Positions 55,511 to 64,000 of a stretch of DNA of 64,000 nucleotides are shown here, one piece after another. Positions within the stretch are counted from its first letter, which is position 1; each line of letters starts with the position of its first letter. Source of the DNA: a virus. Location: the IMG/VR virus record IMGVR_UViG_3300031485_000046, one strand, 5' to 3'. The notes beneath the pieces were generated by a model. It was not told where the DNA came from, did not search any database, and saw only the letters and a program-made list of their open reading frames with translations. The position numbers and the translations under genes were made by a program.

Positions 55511-57328
55511 TTATTTGAAATGGTAATCTCCCTTCTCATTCCAAGAACAATCAACAGGACACACTTCTGCTTCTACTTCCAAGGGTACATTTATCCAGCT
55601 CCAGTGCTTAGGTAAATCTTCACAAGTAATCCTATGAACAGTAGACGCAACCATATCTAATTCGTCAGGATGCACATCCAACACCATTGCGTCATGTATC
55701 TGTCCGATCAATCTGGATTTCCAGTTCTGTTCTCTGGATATCTTGTCAACCTGAATGAACGACCATAACAGACAATGAAATGCACTTCCCTGAATAGGAA
55801 TATTTATGCATTCATTCCTACGCATGATACCAGAACATCTGAATCCTGTGTACATGCTCACATACCCGTTTTTTTGATACCCTTCCCACCACTTGTCTTT
55901 CCAACGATTATACACTTTGAATCGCCTATTCCAAAAATCATCTTCAATTTTCTTGATATGGTCCGTAAACTTATCGAAGGAATCTAGCTTGTTTGCAATC
56001 AAGTGGTCGGAAATATGACCTCCGTCATGCTCAATGCCTTCACCTTTCTTCCATTTGCCTTTAGATAATCCGCACCATTTACAAGCAATATTTTCGGCGC
56101 AGTTTACATAATAGTCACCATAGAACTGCGGAAATACAAATCCGTTCTTTGCCGCTTGCCTCATCATTTTATGCGATGGTATACTCTTGTCTAACTTATC
56201 AAGTACAAATATCTGACAAGCCATATCACCGTGCATATCCGATGAAGGATCTTCAATGTACTTTCTCATAACAGGGTCATGATGGTAACACTCGCTGATT
56301 CTTACTTCCACTCCTGAATAGTCTATTTCAAGTAGCTGGTGACCTGGCTTAGGAAATATCGCTTTGCGAGTAATCTCCATAGCCTCTTTATCTCGCTTGG
56401 GAATATTTTGGAAGTTTATCCGCTCCGATGAATTATGTACGCATATTTGGTTCACGATAAAATTATGATATTTTTCCACTTCAATATCGTACACATCTAC
56501 CGGCTCATCAAGGTACTCTATTGTGTGGTCTGTATGATTAGACAATACCTTATTAGAAAGACGTGTATCTGATAACGCCCTCGCTTGCACGTATGTTCCA
56601 TCTATTAGACGGATTTTGTGCTCAGGTGTCACATCTAAGTATCCTTTCCCACCTCCACCGTTTATAGAGTAATGGATTCGCACAACTTTCTTATGTCCTG
56701 TTTTGCCAGCCCATATAACTTTTTGAATAGAAGGGCGGAGTTTATCGTCAAAACAATACACATAATCACCCTTCTTTACATTTTCAATAGGGGTCCCTTC
56801 TGGTTGTGCTTCAAAATCTTTCATTACCAATACTTTAGATCCTTTAGCTACACAAGAGCGAAATGTCTTTACTGTATGCAAATTAAAGAAAGGATGCAAG
56901 TATCCGCCTACTTGTTCTCTTATGAAAGCATCCAGATACGTATCTCGCACCTTTTTCAATTTGCGCATTTCCAAAATCCACTTTATCTCAGGAATATCAA
57001 TCTGGGAAAGTGCTTCATCGTCTGTTGCACCCTTGCCAGATGGTGTCAACTTTGCAGGGGTGATTTTCCTAACATTGTACAAAAGGTGTGCTAACTGCCA
57101 ATTAGAATCAGGGTTAGCCTTAGCACCATACACCTTCGTCCAATGCATATAGAATTTAGTATCCCTGAGTTTTCTATCCAATCGTGCTATTTTTTTGTCA
57201 AGGTACTCTTTTTTCTTTAAGCAGTAATCAACATCAATCCGCATTCCTTCTTGTTCTGCCCTCGCAAAAGCAAGGATGCCATCTTGCAATAGCTGATATG
57301 CTTCAGGAAGATTAGGTGTCAGTTGCAT
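55511..57328 (-). CDS. DNA polymerase family A, polymerase subunit (intein-containing)
   Basis: NFQNIP, motif A DYSGVEVRI, motif B RQAAKNGFVFPQFYG, motif C QIHDAMV; start at ATG 57326-57328 with AAGGAGGG RBS. Confidence 0.9.
   Translation of the reverse strand: MQLTPNLPEAYQLLQDGILAFARAEQEGMRIDVDYCLKKKEYLDKKIARLDRKLRDTKFYMHWTKVYGAKANPDSNWQLAHLLYNVRKITPAKLTPSGKGATDDEALSQIDIPEIKWILEMRKLKKVRDTYLDAFIREQVGGYLHPFFNLHTVKTFRSCVAKGSKVLVMKDFEAQPEGTPIENVKKGDYVYCFDDKLRPSIQKVIWAGKTGHKKVVRIHYSINGGGGKGYLDVTPEHKIRLIDGTYVQARALSDTRLSNKVLSNHTDHTIEYLDEPVDVYDIEVEKYHNFIVNQICVHNSSERINFQNIPKRDKEAMEITRKAIFPKPGHQLLEIDYSGVEVRISECYHHDPVMRKYIEDPSSDMHGDMACQIFVLDKLDKSIPSHKMMRQAAKNGFVFPQFYGDYYVNCAENIACKWCGLSKGKWKKGEGIEHDGGHISDHLIANKLDSFDKFTDHIKKIEDDFWNRRFKVYNRWKDKWWEGYQKNGYVSMYTGFRCSGIMRRNECINIPIQGSAFHCLLWSFIQVDKISREQNWKSRLIGQIHDAMVLDVHPDELDMVASTVHRITCEDLPKHWSWINVPLEVEAEVCPVDCSWNEKGDYHFK
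56432..56854 (-). mobile_element. Mini-intein (141 aa) inserted in polymerase
   Basis: Begins Cys (CVAKGSKV), TPEH block B, ends YHNFIVNQICVHN followed by Ser; flanking exteins reconstitute HTVKTFRS-SERINFQNIP. Confidence 0.8.
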
Positions 57329-58590
57329 CCTATGTACCCTCCTTGCTGAATCCATCGCATTTGTTTAGATGCTAACCGGTAAGTGAACAAACTATCCATA
57401 CCACAGTATATCAATAGTTTATTCCAAATATCAGATCCTACAGGAACATCAAGCAATTTGTTCATGGAATTGCTATCTTTATCATCCGCCCCTTTAAGAT
57501 ATGGAGCGACCTCATCATCATACCCTGCTACACCAAAATTGATATAGGTTTGTATCTTCAATCCTGTGATGTCTGGTCTGTTATCAAGAATGTGTGTAGC
57601 CAACATAGTATCCCATATCCAGTTTTTTACTTCATACCCCAGAATATTTTGTGTCCATGTGTGTTCAAACTTCAGATTTTGGGCAATCTTTCCTATCTTG
57701 TCTGATTGCAAAATTTCCTTAAGCAGTCTATTTCCTTTCTTACTTTTAGGCATCCCAAAAACTATTGCATCTTCAGGATTACTACACATGGACATGCAGA
57801 TGATTTTGTGCTTGCTTGTATCATGCGGTTTAAGGCCCGTCGTTTCATAATCAATAGCAATAGAAAACGGAAACTTTCTAGAAAGAAACTCTTCAAAAAT
57901 TCCTACTAGCTCACTTTCTGATTTTACTATCTTGATAGCCGTCATTTCATCTGGATATGTTTGCATAGACATGTCCACTGTATTTAATGCCCTGTCAAGG
58001 TCCTGTTTCCATACTGTTCGATATTCCTGTGCATCTTGTTTTTCTACAAACTCTGGATGAAATATCGGGCAGATCCACGTATTGTATTTCCTATCTGGAA
58101 TAGTAAATCCTCTCCATTTATTCATTCCACCTAAATTCTTTGTCCAGATAGAACCTATCACGGAGTTTAATGCTAGTTCACCTACAAGAATTATCACTTT
58201 AGGTTTATACTGCTCAATAGTAGATAGCACTCTTCGTCGGCAACATTGAACTTCTTTTGTCCACGGATTGGTGGTTTCCTTGGACCCTGAAGCATAGCAA
58301 GACAAAGCAAAGAGATTCAGACAGTCTTTGAACAAATCAACGCCTCTACGTTCAAATTCTCGCCTAAGCGTTGTTCCAAATCTGTCTTGCCACGGTTTGC
58401 CTACTCGATCATCTCTACTGCTTGGCATATCACCAATGACCATTATTTTCTTTTCAAATTCCCCGAATGGTGCCATTCTAGGAGACGAAATATCTTTATA
58501 CAACCCACAAGAAGCGCAAGAGAAAGCCTTATTACCACTAGGCCTAGTTTTAGATTTAGTTTCTTCTACTGAAAAGAATCCACTAGCCAT
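57319..58590 (-). CDS. DNA polymerase A accessory subunit: UDG-like domain plus 3'-5' exonuclease domain
   Basis: N-terminal CASCG and IMVIGDMPS (family-4 UDG-like, variant motif); Exo I IDYETTGL; separate ORF overlapping pol subunit by 10 nt. Confidence 0.85.
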   Translation of the reverse strand: MASGFFSVEETKSKTRPSGNKAFSCASCGLYKDISSPRMAPFGEFEKKIMVIGDMPSSRDDRVGKPWQDRFGTTLRREFERRGVDLFKDCLNLFALSCYASGSKETTNPWTKEVQCCRRRVLSTIEQYKPKVIILVGELALNSVIGSIWTKNLGGMNKWRGFTIPDRKYNTWICPIFHPEFVEKQDAQEYRTVWKQDLDRALNTVDMSMQTYPDEMTAIKIVKSESELVGIFEEFLSRKFPFSIAIDYETTGLKPHDTSKHKIICMSMCSNPEDAIVFGMPKSKKGNRLLKEILQSDKIGKIAQNLKFEHTWTQNILGYEVKNWIWDTMLATHILDNRPDITGLKIQTYINFGVAGYDDEVAPYLKGADDKDSNSMNKLLDVPVGSDIWNKLLIYCGMDSLFTYRLASKQMRWIQQGGYIGCN

Positions 58591-58594
58591 CTTA

Positions 58595-59602
58595 CTAACC
58601 TTTCATTTCTAGAACGCCAACATACTCCCAATTATCTCCTATGAACTTGATAGCGTTTTCACCAAGAATGCATTTTTTAAGCATTTTACTTACATCCTTA
58701 AGAAGTTCAGGACGAATAGTAAATTTCTTTTCCTCACCTTTATATTTCAGATTCATCTCTTCTTCAAACCAGCCAACTTCAGACTGACCACGAATAATCA
58801 TGCGTTTGGGCTTGATAGTTATTGTTACAGCATTACTTTCTGCTTCACTGGAAAAGATAGACGCACGGTCTAACACCTCTTCAATAGCTCTAGGCAATTC
58901 AAAATCCGCACCCTGCACATCCATATATTTCGACACATCTGGAAATGTATCTCCGAAGAAAGTTCGGCAAGAATACTCCGTACCTTTCTCAGTCTTGAAA
59001 TGAATCCACCCGTGCCCTTCTGCAATATGTGTGGGTACACATCCATTCAATCTCTTTATAGTGCTTGCTGGCAAAAGAAACGTAGACACAGGCATCTTTT
59101 CAGTTAACTTGTACACCATTATTCTATAACTGTCAGACGCTTCAACGGAACCTTTTTCTGTCACATTTACACAAGTAATGATCGGACGGCTCATATCATT
59201 GGAACAAGCAAAGGAAACAAATTTAAGCGCCTTCATAAGACCTTCAGGTACTTTCTTCCATTTGCTTTTCTCACCAATCGCTTCTAGAGGCATCCGTATC
59301 TTTTCTTGAAGAGTAAGTCCTGCTTTAGCTTTACCTGCTTTCATGCGAACCTCAGAACCATTTGCCTCTATTTCTACATCATTGGTTTTCATTTTGCACA
59401 GCACCTGATAAAACTCGTCAGCCTTGATAGCACCCTCAAGCCCATCTAATCCTTCCACAGGATGGGACACACTTATTTCGTCATTGAATGTCATTACTTT
59501 CCCATCCTTAAAAGCAAAGCAGGTAGACTGTTCAATGTGCTCCTTAGACGCAAGACCGGGCTTCACTATTTCAAGAGCTTCCAGAATATCTTCCCTATTC
59601 AT
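58595..59602 (-). CDS. Putative sliding clamp (DnaN-like)
   Basis: Size and position between polymerase and other replication genes; weak pattern similarity. Confidence 0.5.
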   Translation of the reverse strand: MNREDILEALEIVKPGLASKEHIEQSTCFAFKDGKVMTFNDEISVSHPVEGLDGLEGAIKADEFYQVLCKMKTNDVEIEANGSEVRMKAGKAKAGLTLQEKIRMPLEAIGEKSKWKKVPEGLMKALKFVSFACSNDMSRPIITCVNVTEKGSVEASDSYRIMVYKLTEKMPVSTFLLPASTIKRLNGCVPTHIAEGHGWIHFKTEKGTEYSCRTFFGDTFPDVSKYMDVQGADFELPRAIEEVLDRASIFSSEAESNAVTITIKPKRMIIRGQSEVGWFEEEMNLKYKGEEKKFTIRPELLKDVSKMLKKCILGENAIKFIGDNWEYVGVLEMKG

Positions 59603-60189
59603 ATTATATCCACCCCTTTTGCCCTATTTCGTTTTACCTGCCGATGTATAAGAAATGCAAACTGTTTATACATGTTAATAAAATTATACCCAACATGCTT
59701 TAGTTTGCCTTTCTGTATTTCCCACGGAGTGCATATCCTATCTGCTTTCTCCCATCGCATGTCAAGTACATATTTATCAAAAGGAATAAAATCGTATCGT
59801 TCCGCCCAATAAGAAGACATAAGCCCATTATTCAGAACAAGTACACAAAAATGGATGTCGTATTTACTGCATTTATTATACAATTCCTCACAACTATGCA
59901 TTGTCTTGGGCAGATGCAGTCTAGGGTAATTACGAAGCTGGGAGTAAGACTGCCTTATCCAGAATTTTACTGGAATTGTTGTCTGTTCATTTTTTAGTCC
60001 TACATCCACAATTAAACCAATCCCTGAGAACATGTTTTGCGTCTTACCGGGTAATTCACACCGCAACGGACTCATAGGCATATTAACTAATTTTTCAACA
60101 TACCTGAGAACCATGCCGTTGTACTTATTTATATCTTCCTGCGGATTTCTTCCCTTAGTGTCTGATTCTACCTTGAACATCGGTTCCAT
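59599..60189 (-). CDS. Hypothetical protein adjacent to DpdA-like gene
   Basis: 196-codon ORF. Confidence 0.6.
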   Translation of the reverse strand: MEPMFKVESDTKGRNPQEDINKYNGMVLRYVEKLVNMPMSPLRCELPGKTQNMFSGIGLIVDVGLKNEQTTIPVKFWIRQSYSQLRNYPRLHLPKTMHSCEELYNKCSKYDIHFCVLVLNNGLMSSYWAERYDFIPFDKYVLDMRWEKADRICTPWEIQKGKLKHVGYNFINMYKQFAFLIHRQVKRNRAKGVDII

Positions 60190-60204
60190 ATTATGTTTCC
60201 CTCC

Positions 60205-61176
60205 TTATATAGTGAATAATCCTTTGCTTACTTGGAATTGAACTCCTTTGCGATATTCATTCACCCATTGCTCTAATCCTAGAATGTATCGGATGTTAAT
60301 TTCACAACGAACATCAAAGGATTGAATCTCATCATACGTGTACCCATCATCTTCAATCTGTTTTAATTTCCGAGGTGTAAGTACACCCATTCCTTTACTA
60401 GACCGTTGCTTCGATACACAAAACACCATCGGTTGCTTTGAATAATCAGGATTCTTGAATCCACCGATAGGGTACATGATAGAACCCCACGCGGCAACTA
60501 TTCTCCAAGTAGCGGCATCAGCACTAGTAAAAGGTAGCGTTTTCAGCACGGGCAACATCCATACTGCAAATCCGTGTGTTTTAACACGGATTCTATTTAT
60601 ATGGATGTAAGAAAATACTGACCGCATCCAAGATAGCCTAGATTGGACACTCATATCGTTTGCAGGTGACACTCCGATATAGTCAGTAAGTTCTACCATT
60701 TTGTGCAACCATTCCCAATCTTCTCCTTGATGGAAGACATGAATAGGAGTGATCCCTGCATCTTTCATCCTAAGAAGATTTTCGTATCCTTTCGCGGCCG
60801 CTGTATTGATAATTTTCTTATTCTCCGCAGTCTTCACTCGATTGAGATGTGTAGAAGTACCAGGAGAACCGGGGATCACATCGAGGTTGACTACCCTCAA
60901 CTTTTTATTATCATCCGCCGCTATTTGGATTGCCTCTTTAGCATAACTAATGTAGGCGTCAATGGGAATAGAATGACCTTTAGCCCATGCTGAAAACGCA
61001 CCTGAATCAAGAATGATGTTTCCATTTAATGTAGGAACTTGTCTGCACCATTCTTTAAGCTGTTTTGGATAGAGATAAGAAACCAGTCTGTTCGTAATCC
61101 GCCTGTTGAGTTCCTTACCGCGTTCTTCCTTAGGATTAAAAACAGGACCGGCAAAATACAAACGGACTGGCTTCAT
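60205..61176 (-). CDS. dpdA: DpdA-like tRNA-guanine transglycosylase-family protein (7-deazaguanine DNA transglycosylase candidate)
   Basis: ILDSGAF motif resembling TGT catalytic DSGGFQ; no zinc subdomain; adjacent to queF and queC. Confidence 0.65.
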   Translation of the reverse strand: MKPVRLYFAGPVFNPKEERGKELNRRITNRLVSYLYPKQLKEWCRQVPTLNGNIILDSGAFSAWAKGHSIPIDAYISYAKEAIQIAADDNKKLRVVNLDVIPGSPGTSTHLNRVKTAENKKIINTAAAKGYENLLRMKDAGITPIHVFHQGEDWEWLHKMVELTDYIGVSPANDMSVQSRLSWMRSVFSYIHINRIRVKTHGFAVWMLPVLKTLPFTSADAATWRIVAAWGSIMYPIGGFKNPDYSKQPMVFCVSKQRSSKGMGVLTPRKLKQIEDDGYTYDEIQSFDVRCEINIRYILGLEQWVNEYRKGVQFQVSKGLFTI

Positions 61177-61178
61177 TT

Positions 61179-61604
61179 TCAGTTACCTGTTCCGTCGTAC
61201 TCGGCAATCACCGAAATATCAGTACCACCTCTGCGATTGAAATTAGCCTCTATTCGCATGTGGTACGGTTTGCAAGCGTTCGACAGATCGTCCAGTATTT
61301 TGTTTGTAACAGACTCCATAAACGCTCCGTGCTGACGATATGCTCCCATGTATATCTTGAGTGCTTTCGTTTCCAAACAAAAATCCTTTGGAAAGTATCG
61401 AATCGTGATAGTGCCAAAATCAGGATTTCCTGTACGCGGACACAGACTGGAAAATTCCGTGAATACGAACTCCGTGGCGTATTGCCTGTCTTTGCACGGA
61501 TTATCAAATACTTCAAGAAGAGCTGGATCTGGATTATTGTACCTGTCGTACGGTACGACTGTTCCGAGGTTTTTCAGATGGTCTACATTCACTTTTCTAT
61601 CCAT
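61179..61604 (-). CDS. queF: NADPH-dependent 7-cyano-7-deazaguanine reductase QueF
   Basis: EFSSLCPRTGNPDFGT (catalytic Cys motif) and ETKALKIYM (QueF motif); start ATG 61602-61604 with GAGGAGGG RBS. Confidence 0.85.
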   Translation of the reverse strand: MDRKVNVDHLKNLGTVVPYDRYNNPDPALLEVFDNPCKDRQYATEFVFTEFSSLCPRTGNPDFGTITIRYFPKDFCLETKALKIYMGAYRQHGAFMESVTNKILDDLSNACKPYHMRIEANFNRRGGTDISVIAEYDGTGN

Positions 61605-62292
61605 TGTTTGCACCCTCCTCATAGAATACTGGGTCGATCAGATTGTTTTCTGCAAAGGCCTCAAGGCGTTCATAACAACTTCCACATTTTCCGCAAGGAT
61701 TCGGTTGGTTCTTGTAACAAGTTCTTGTAAGGTGATATGGTGCGTTATTTGCAATACCATACTGCACTATCTGACTTTTAGACATGTGAAGGAACGGTGC
61801 AAGTATATTCACATTTCTATCCGTACCAAGATAAATCGCTGTATCCATTGCTTTATGAAATTCTGGGCGACAATCAGGGTAAATAGCATGATCGCCTCTA
61901 TGAATTCCTATAGCAATATTCTCTATACCTTTTGACCACGCCATACCGGCTAGGATCGACAGGAACACTAGATTACGAGCAGGTACCACCGTCTGACTCA
62001 TATTCGATGATTCATAGTGTCCTTCCGGTATTTCTCCACCGCTTAGAAGCAGACTAGATTCCATTCCAGTAAATGCTCCGGACAGGTCTACAACTTCGTA
62101 GGTCAATTCGCAAGGAACGGCAGACACATAATATTTCAATACTGCGTCTGCCGCTCTTCGTTCGTACACATTGTGTTTGCTACCGTACTGGAAATTTACA
62201 CAATGGATTTTCTTGAATTCCTTGCGAATAAGCCAAGCAAGAACTGTTGCAGAATCCAGTCCTCCTGAGAAAGAAAGGACTGCGGAACGCAT
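61597..62292 (-). CDS. queC: 7-cyano-7-deazaguanine synthase QueC
   Basis: PP-loop SFSGGLDS; C-terminal CGKCGSC; start at ATG 62290-62292 (longer ORF-track N-terminus rejected). Confidence 0.85.
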   Translation of the reverse strand: MRSAVLSFSGGLDSATVLAWLIRKEFKKIHCVNFQYGSKHNVYERRAADAVLKYYVSAVPCELTYEVVDLSGAFTGMESSLLLSGGEIPEGHYESSNMSQTVVPARNLVFLSILAGMAWSKGIENIAIGIHRGDHAIYPDCRPEFHKAMDTAIYLGTDRNVNILAPFLHMSKSQIVQYGIANNAPYHLTRTCYKNQPNPCGKCGSCYERLEAFAENNLIDPVFYEEGANNG

Positions 62293-62293
62293 C

Positions 62294-63211
62294 TTACTTC
62301 TTCTTTCCAGCCTTCTTGCCAGCTTTCGCTTCCTTAGCCGGAGCGGTCTTTGCAGGCGCTTCCTTCTTTGCAGAAGCTTTCTTTTCCGCCATTTCTGCCT
62401 TCGCCTCCTTCTTTTTAGAAGATTTACTACCACCATCGTGCTTCACGATTTCCTTAGTGATCTTACTGCCTTTCTCACACTTGATATCCGTGAACTTCAC
62501 GATGTTGCCATCTTCCTTGTCAATGTAGATAAGCACAGGGAAGCGGCAATATTTAGGATTAGTCCCATCAGAAAGAATTGTAGAAAGAGCGGCGATGGTT
62601 GCGTCGGGGAACTGCTTTGCCGCAAGTTCGATCAGATCCTTTTTGCTGTACCGACCCTCATTGATAAGGTCGATAAAAAATTCGATCCTTTTGGCAGTCT
62701 TATTGCCACCAAATATCTCATCCTTCGTTTTCGTGGGCTTATCAGATTTTGCAGGCTTTTCTGCCTTCGGAGCCTTAGCAGGCTTTTCTTCCTTGGCTTT
62801 ACTCTTGCCCTTCTTAGGAATAGGAAGTACCTCTATTTCGTCTTCCTCTTCTTCCTCTACATCGTCACCGTCTTCGACATCTTCGTCCTCATCGCTTTCG
62901 TCCCCATCTTCCCCTTCCTCGTTGACCCCTTCATCGTCTTCGTCTTCATCGTCAGCTTCTTCGTCCCCTTCGACTTCTTCCTCATCCGCATCCTCCTCGT
63001 CGGCATCCTCTTCCTCTTCATCAGCATACTTAGCCTGAATCTGTGCAAGAATATCCATCGTTTCCTCGGAAAGTCCATCCTCTTCGCTTACAGCTTCAGA
63101 AGCCTCAAGCAGTTCAGCTTCCAGTTCGTCAGTACCGAGCTTTACATCAATGGGAGGCTCGATAATAGTATTAATCTCCTTAGCCGCCTTAACCAGTTCA
63201 CTTTTCTTCAT
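62294..63211 (-). CDS. Hypothetical protein with long acidic (D/E) and lysine-rich low-complexity tracts
   Basis: RBS TAGGAGGG; 305 codons. Confidence 0.6.
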   Translation of the reverse strand: MKKSELVKAAKEINTIIEPPIDVKLGTDELEAELLEASEAVSEEDGLSEETMDILAQIQAKYADEEEEDADEEDADEEEVEGDEEADDEDEDDEGVNEEGEDGDESDEDEDVEDGDDVEEEEEDEIEVLPIPKKGKSKAKEEKPAKAPKAEKPAKSDKPTKTKDEIFGGNKTAKRIEFFIDLINEGRYSKKDLIELAAKQFPDATIAALSTILSDGTNPKYCRFPVLIYIDKEDGNIVKFTDIKCEKGSKITKEIVKHDGGSKSSKKKEAKAEMAEKKASAKKEAPAKTAPAKEAKAGKKAGKKK

Positions 63212-63321
63212 AATCTTTGTTCCCTCCTAAATAGATTTTTGTGGATCGCTTGTTTTTTTGCTCTCTGACATATAATAACATATAATTCACGTCCAGTCAG
63301 ATTGTATATAAAACAGATTTA

Positions 63322-64000
63322 TTAAAAATAACTCCCGATAAAGGGTCGGCCTCGTTGCAAGCATTGAAGCACTTTCACTTGCCTTGTCCTGTCAAATTCT
63401 GATTCCCTTACAACTAATTCTCCTAAGCGCATAATACCGATTTTCTTTTCCTCGTCTGTTTGATTCAAACTATATGTAGCCGTTGTGTGGGCATACTTTC
63501 GTTTGTCTTCCGAGAAGTCTGACAAAGATAAGGTTTCCTTGTCATAACTTGACGCTGCCGCTTGTGTAGCCGTAATCAATAAACAATGTTTCTCCTGACT
63601 CAACTTTCGCATCCTTTGCCAAATCTTGTTTATCTGCCCCCTCCCGTCTAACCTGCTACAGTCATAATCTGGAGCAAGAATGTCCGCATAATCTATCAGA
63701 ACTACATCAGGTACGAACCCATCCTGTCGCTCCCACAACGTAAGCAGATTGCTAATTTCCTGCATGGTAAGAGTTTCATTTGGATATGTGGCTAACTTAA
63801 ATTTCTTATTATGTTTCTTCTGCCATGCTTTCATAATCTTGTATGCGTCCTTCCATGTAAGTGTTTTGACAGAAGGACTGTACTCTAGCCAAACAGCACC
63901 TCGTATTCTATCACAATTCCTACATGGTTTATACTCTGGATAATCTTGTTTTGCTTCCATCAGCATATCAAAGGTAATCTTCTTTTGTTCCATATCCGGA
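63322..64000 (-). CDS. Partial CDS (C-terminal region; N-terminus beyond window end): RecA-fold DnaB-like helicase
   Basis: VVLIDYADIL (Walker B-like) and CLLITATQ blocks spaced as in DnaB C-terminal domain; ORF open to window edge. Confidence 0.55.
   Translation of the reverse strand, partial: PDMEQKKITFDMLMEAKQDYPEYKPCRNCDRIRGAVWLEYSPSVKTLTWKDAYKIMKAWQKKHNKKFKLATYPNETLTMQEISNLLTLWERQDGFVPDVVLIDYADILAPDYDCSRLDGRGQINKIWQRMRKLSQEKHCLLITATQAAASSYDKETLSLSDFSEDKRKYAHTTATYSLNQTDEEKKIGIMRLGELVVRESEFDRTRQVKVLQCLQRGRPFIGSYF

Noticed and set aside
61597-62436. Arginine-rich N-terminal extension of QueC in the ORF track
   Set aside because: The extension is the alternative frame of the neighbouring lysine-rich gene; QueC start placed at the ATG preceding SFSGGLDS (62290-62292).
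62171-63268. 365-aa plus-strand ORF antisense to the acidic protein gene and QueC start
   Set aside because: Low-complexity antisense artefact of the acidic/lysine-rich tract; no RBS.
1-64000. Integrase or lysogeny module
   Set aside because: No tyrosine/serine recombinase or repressor-like gene recognised in the window; lifestyle cannot be decided from absence in a partial genome.

Overview
The window reads as a near-complete genome segment of a tailed dsDNA bacteriophage with lambda-type siphovirus tail genes; it is AT-rich, gene-dense and uses strong AGGAGG-type ribosome-binding sites. Layout: (1) 1-11348, leftward replication/early module (helicase fragment, DnaC-like loader, primase, sigma-like factor, SNF2 helicase, many small ORFs); (2) 11596-13714, rightward terS/terL; (3) 13715-18675, an unusual ~5 kb repeat-rich, largely non-coding region containing a self-contained three-gene cassette; (4) 18675-20914, a leftward block including a KdsB-like CMP-sugar synthetase; (5) 21096-43881, rightward morphogenesis and lysis genes (portal, scaffold/protease, decoration, capsid, connectors, major tail, frameshifted chaperone, tape measure, gpM/L/K/J-like tip, tail fibre, endolysin, membrane proteins), interrupted between capsid and connector genes by a four-gene sugar-modification cluster (two sialyltransferase-like proteins, a methyltransferase fusion, a sulfotransferase); (6) 43931-64000, leftward nucleotide metabolism (ThyX, dNMP kinase, dUTPase), recombination (split SbcC with SbcD, RecA-like), replication (SSB-like, clamp loader, clamp, split family A polymerase carrying a mini-intein) and a 7-deazaguanine DNA-modification module (DpdA-like, QueF, QueC, YhhQ-like transporter). 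I found no rRNA, tRNA, CRISPR array or integrase. The strongest candidate for an undescribed system is the capsid-operon sugar-modification cluster together with the distant CMP-sugar synthetase. All calls rest on motif reading and gene context without database searches; coordinates of starts are best estimates.
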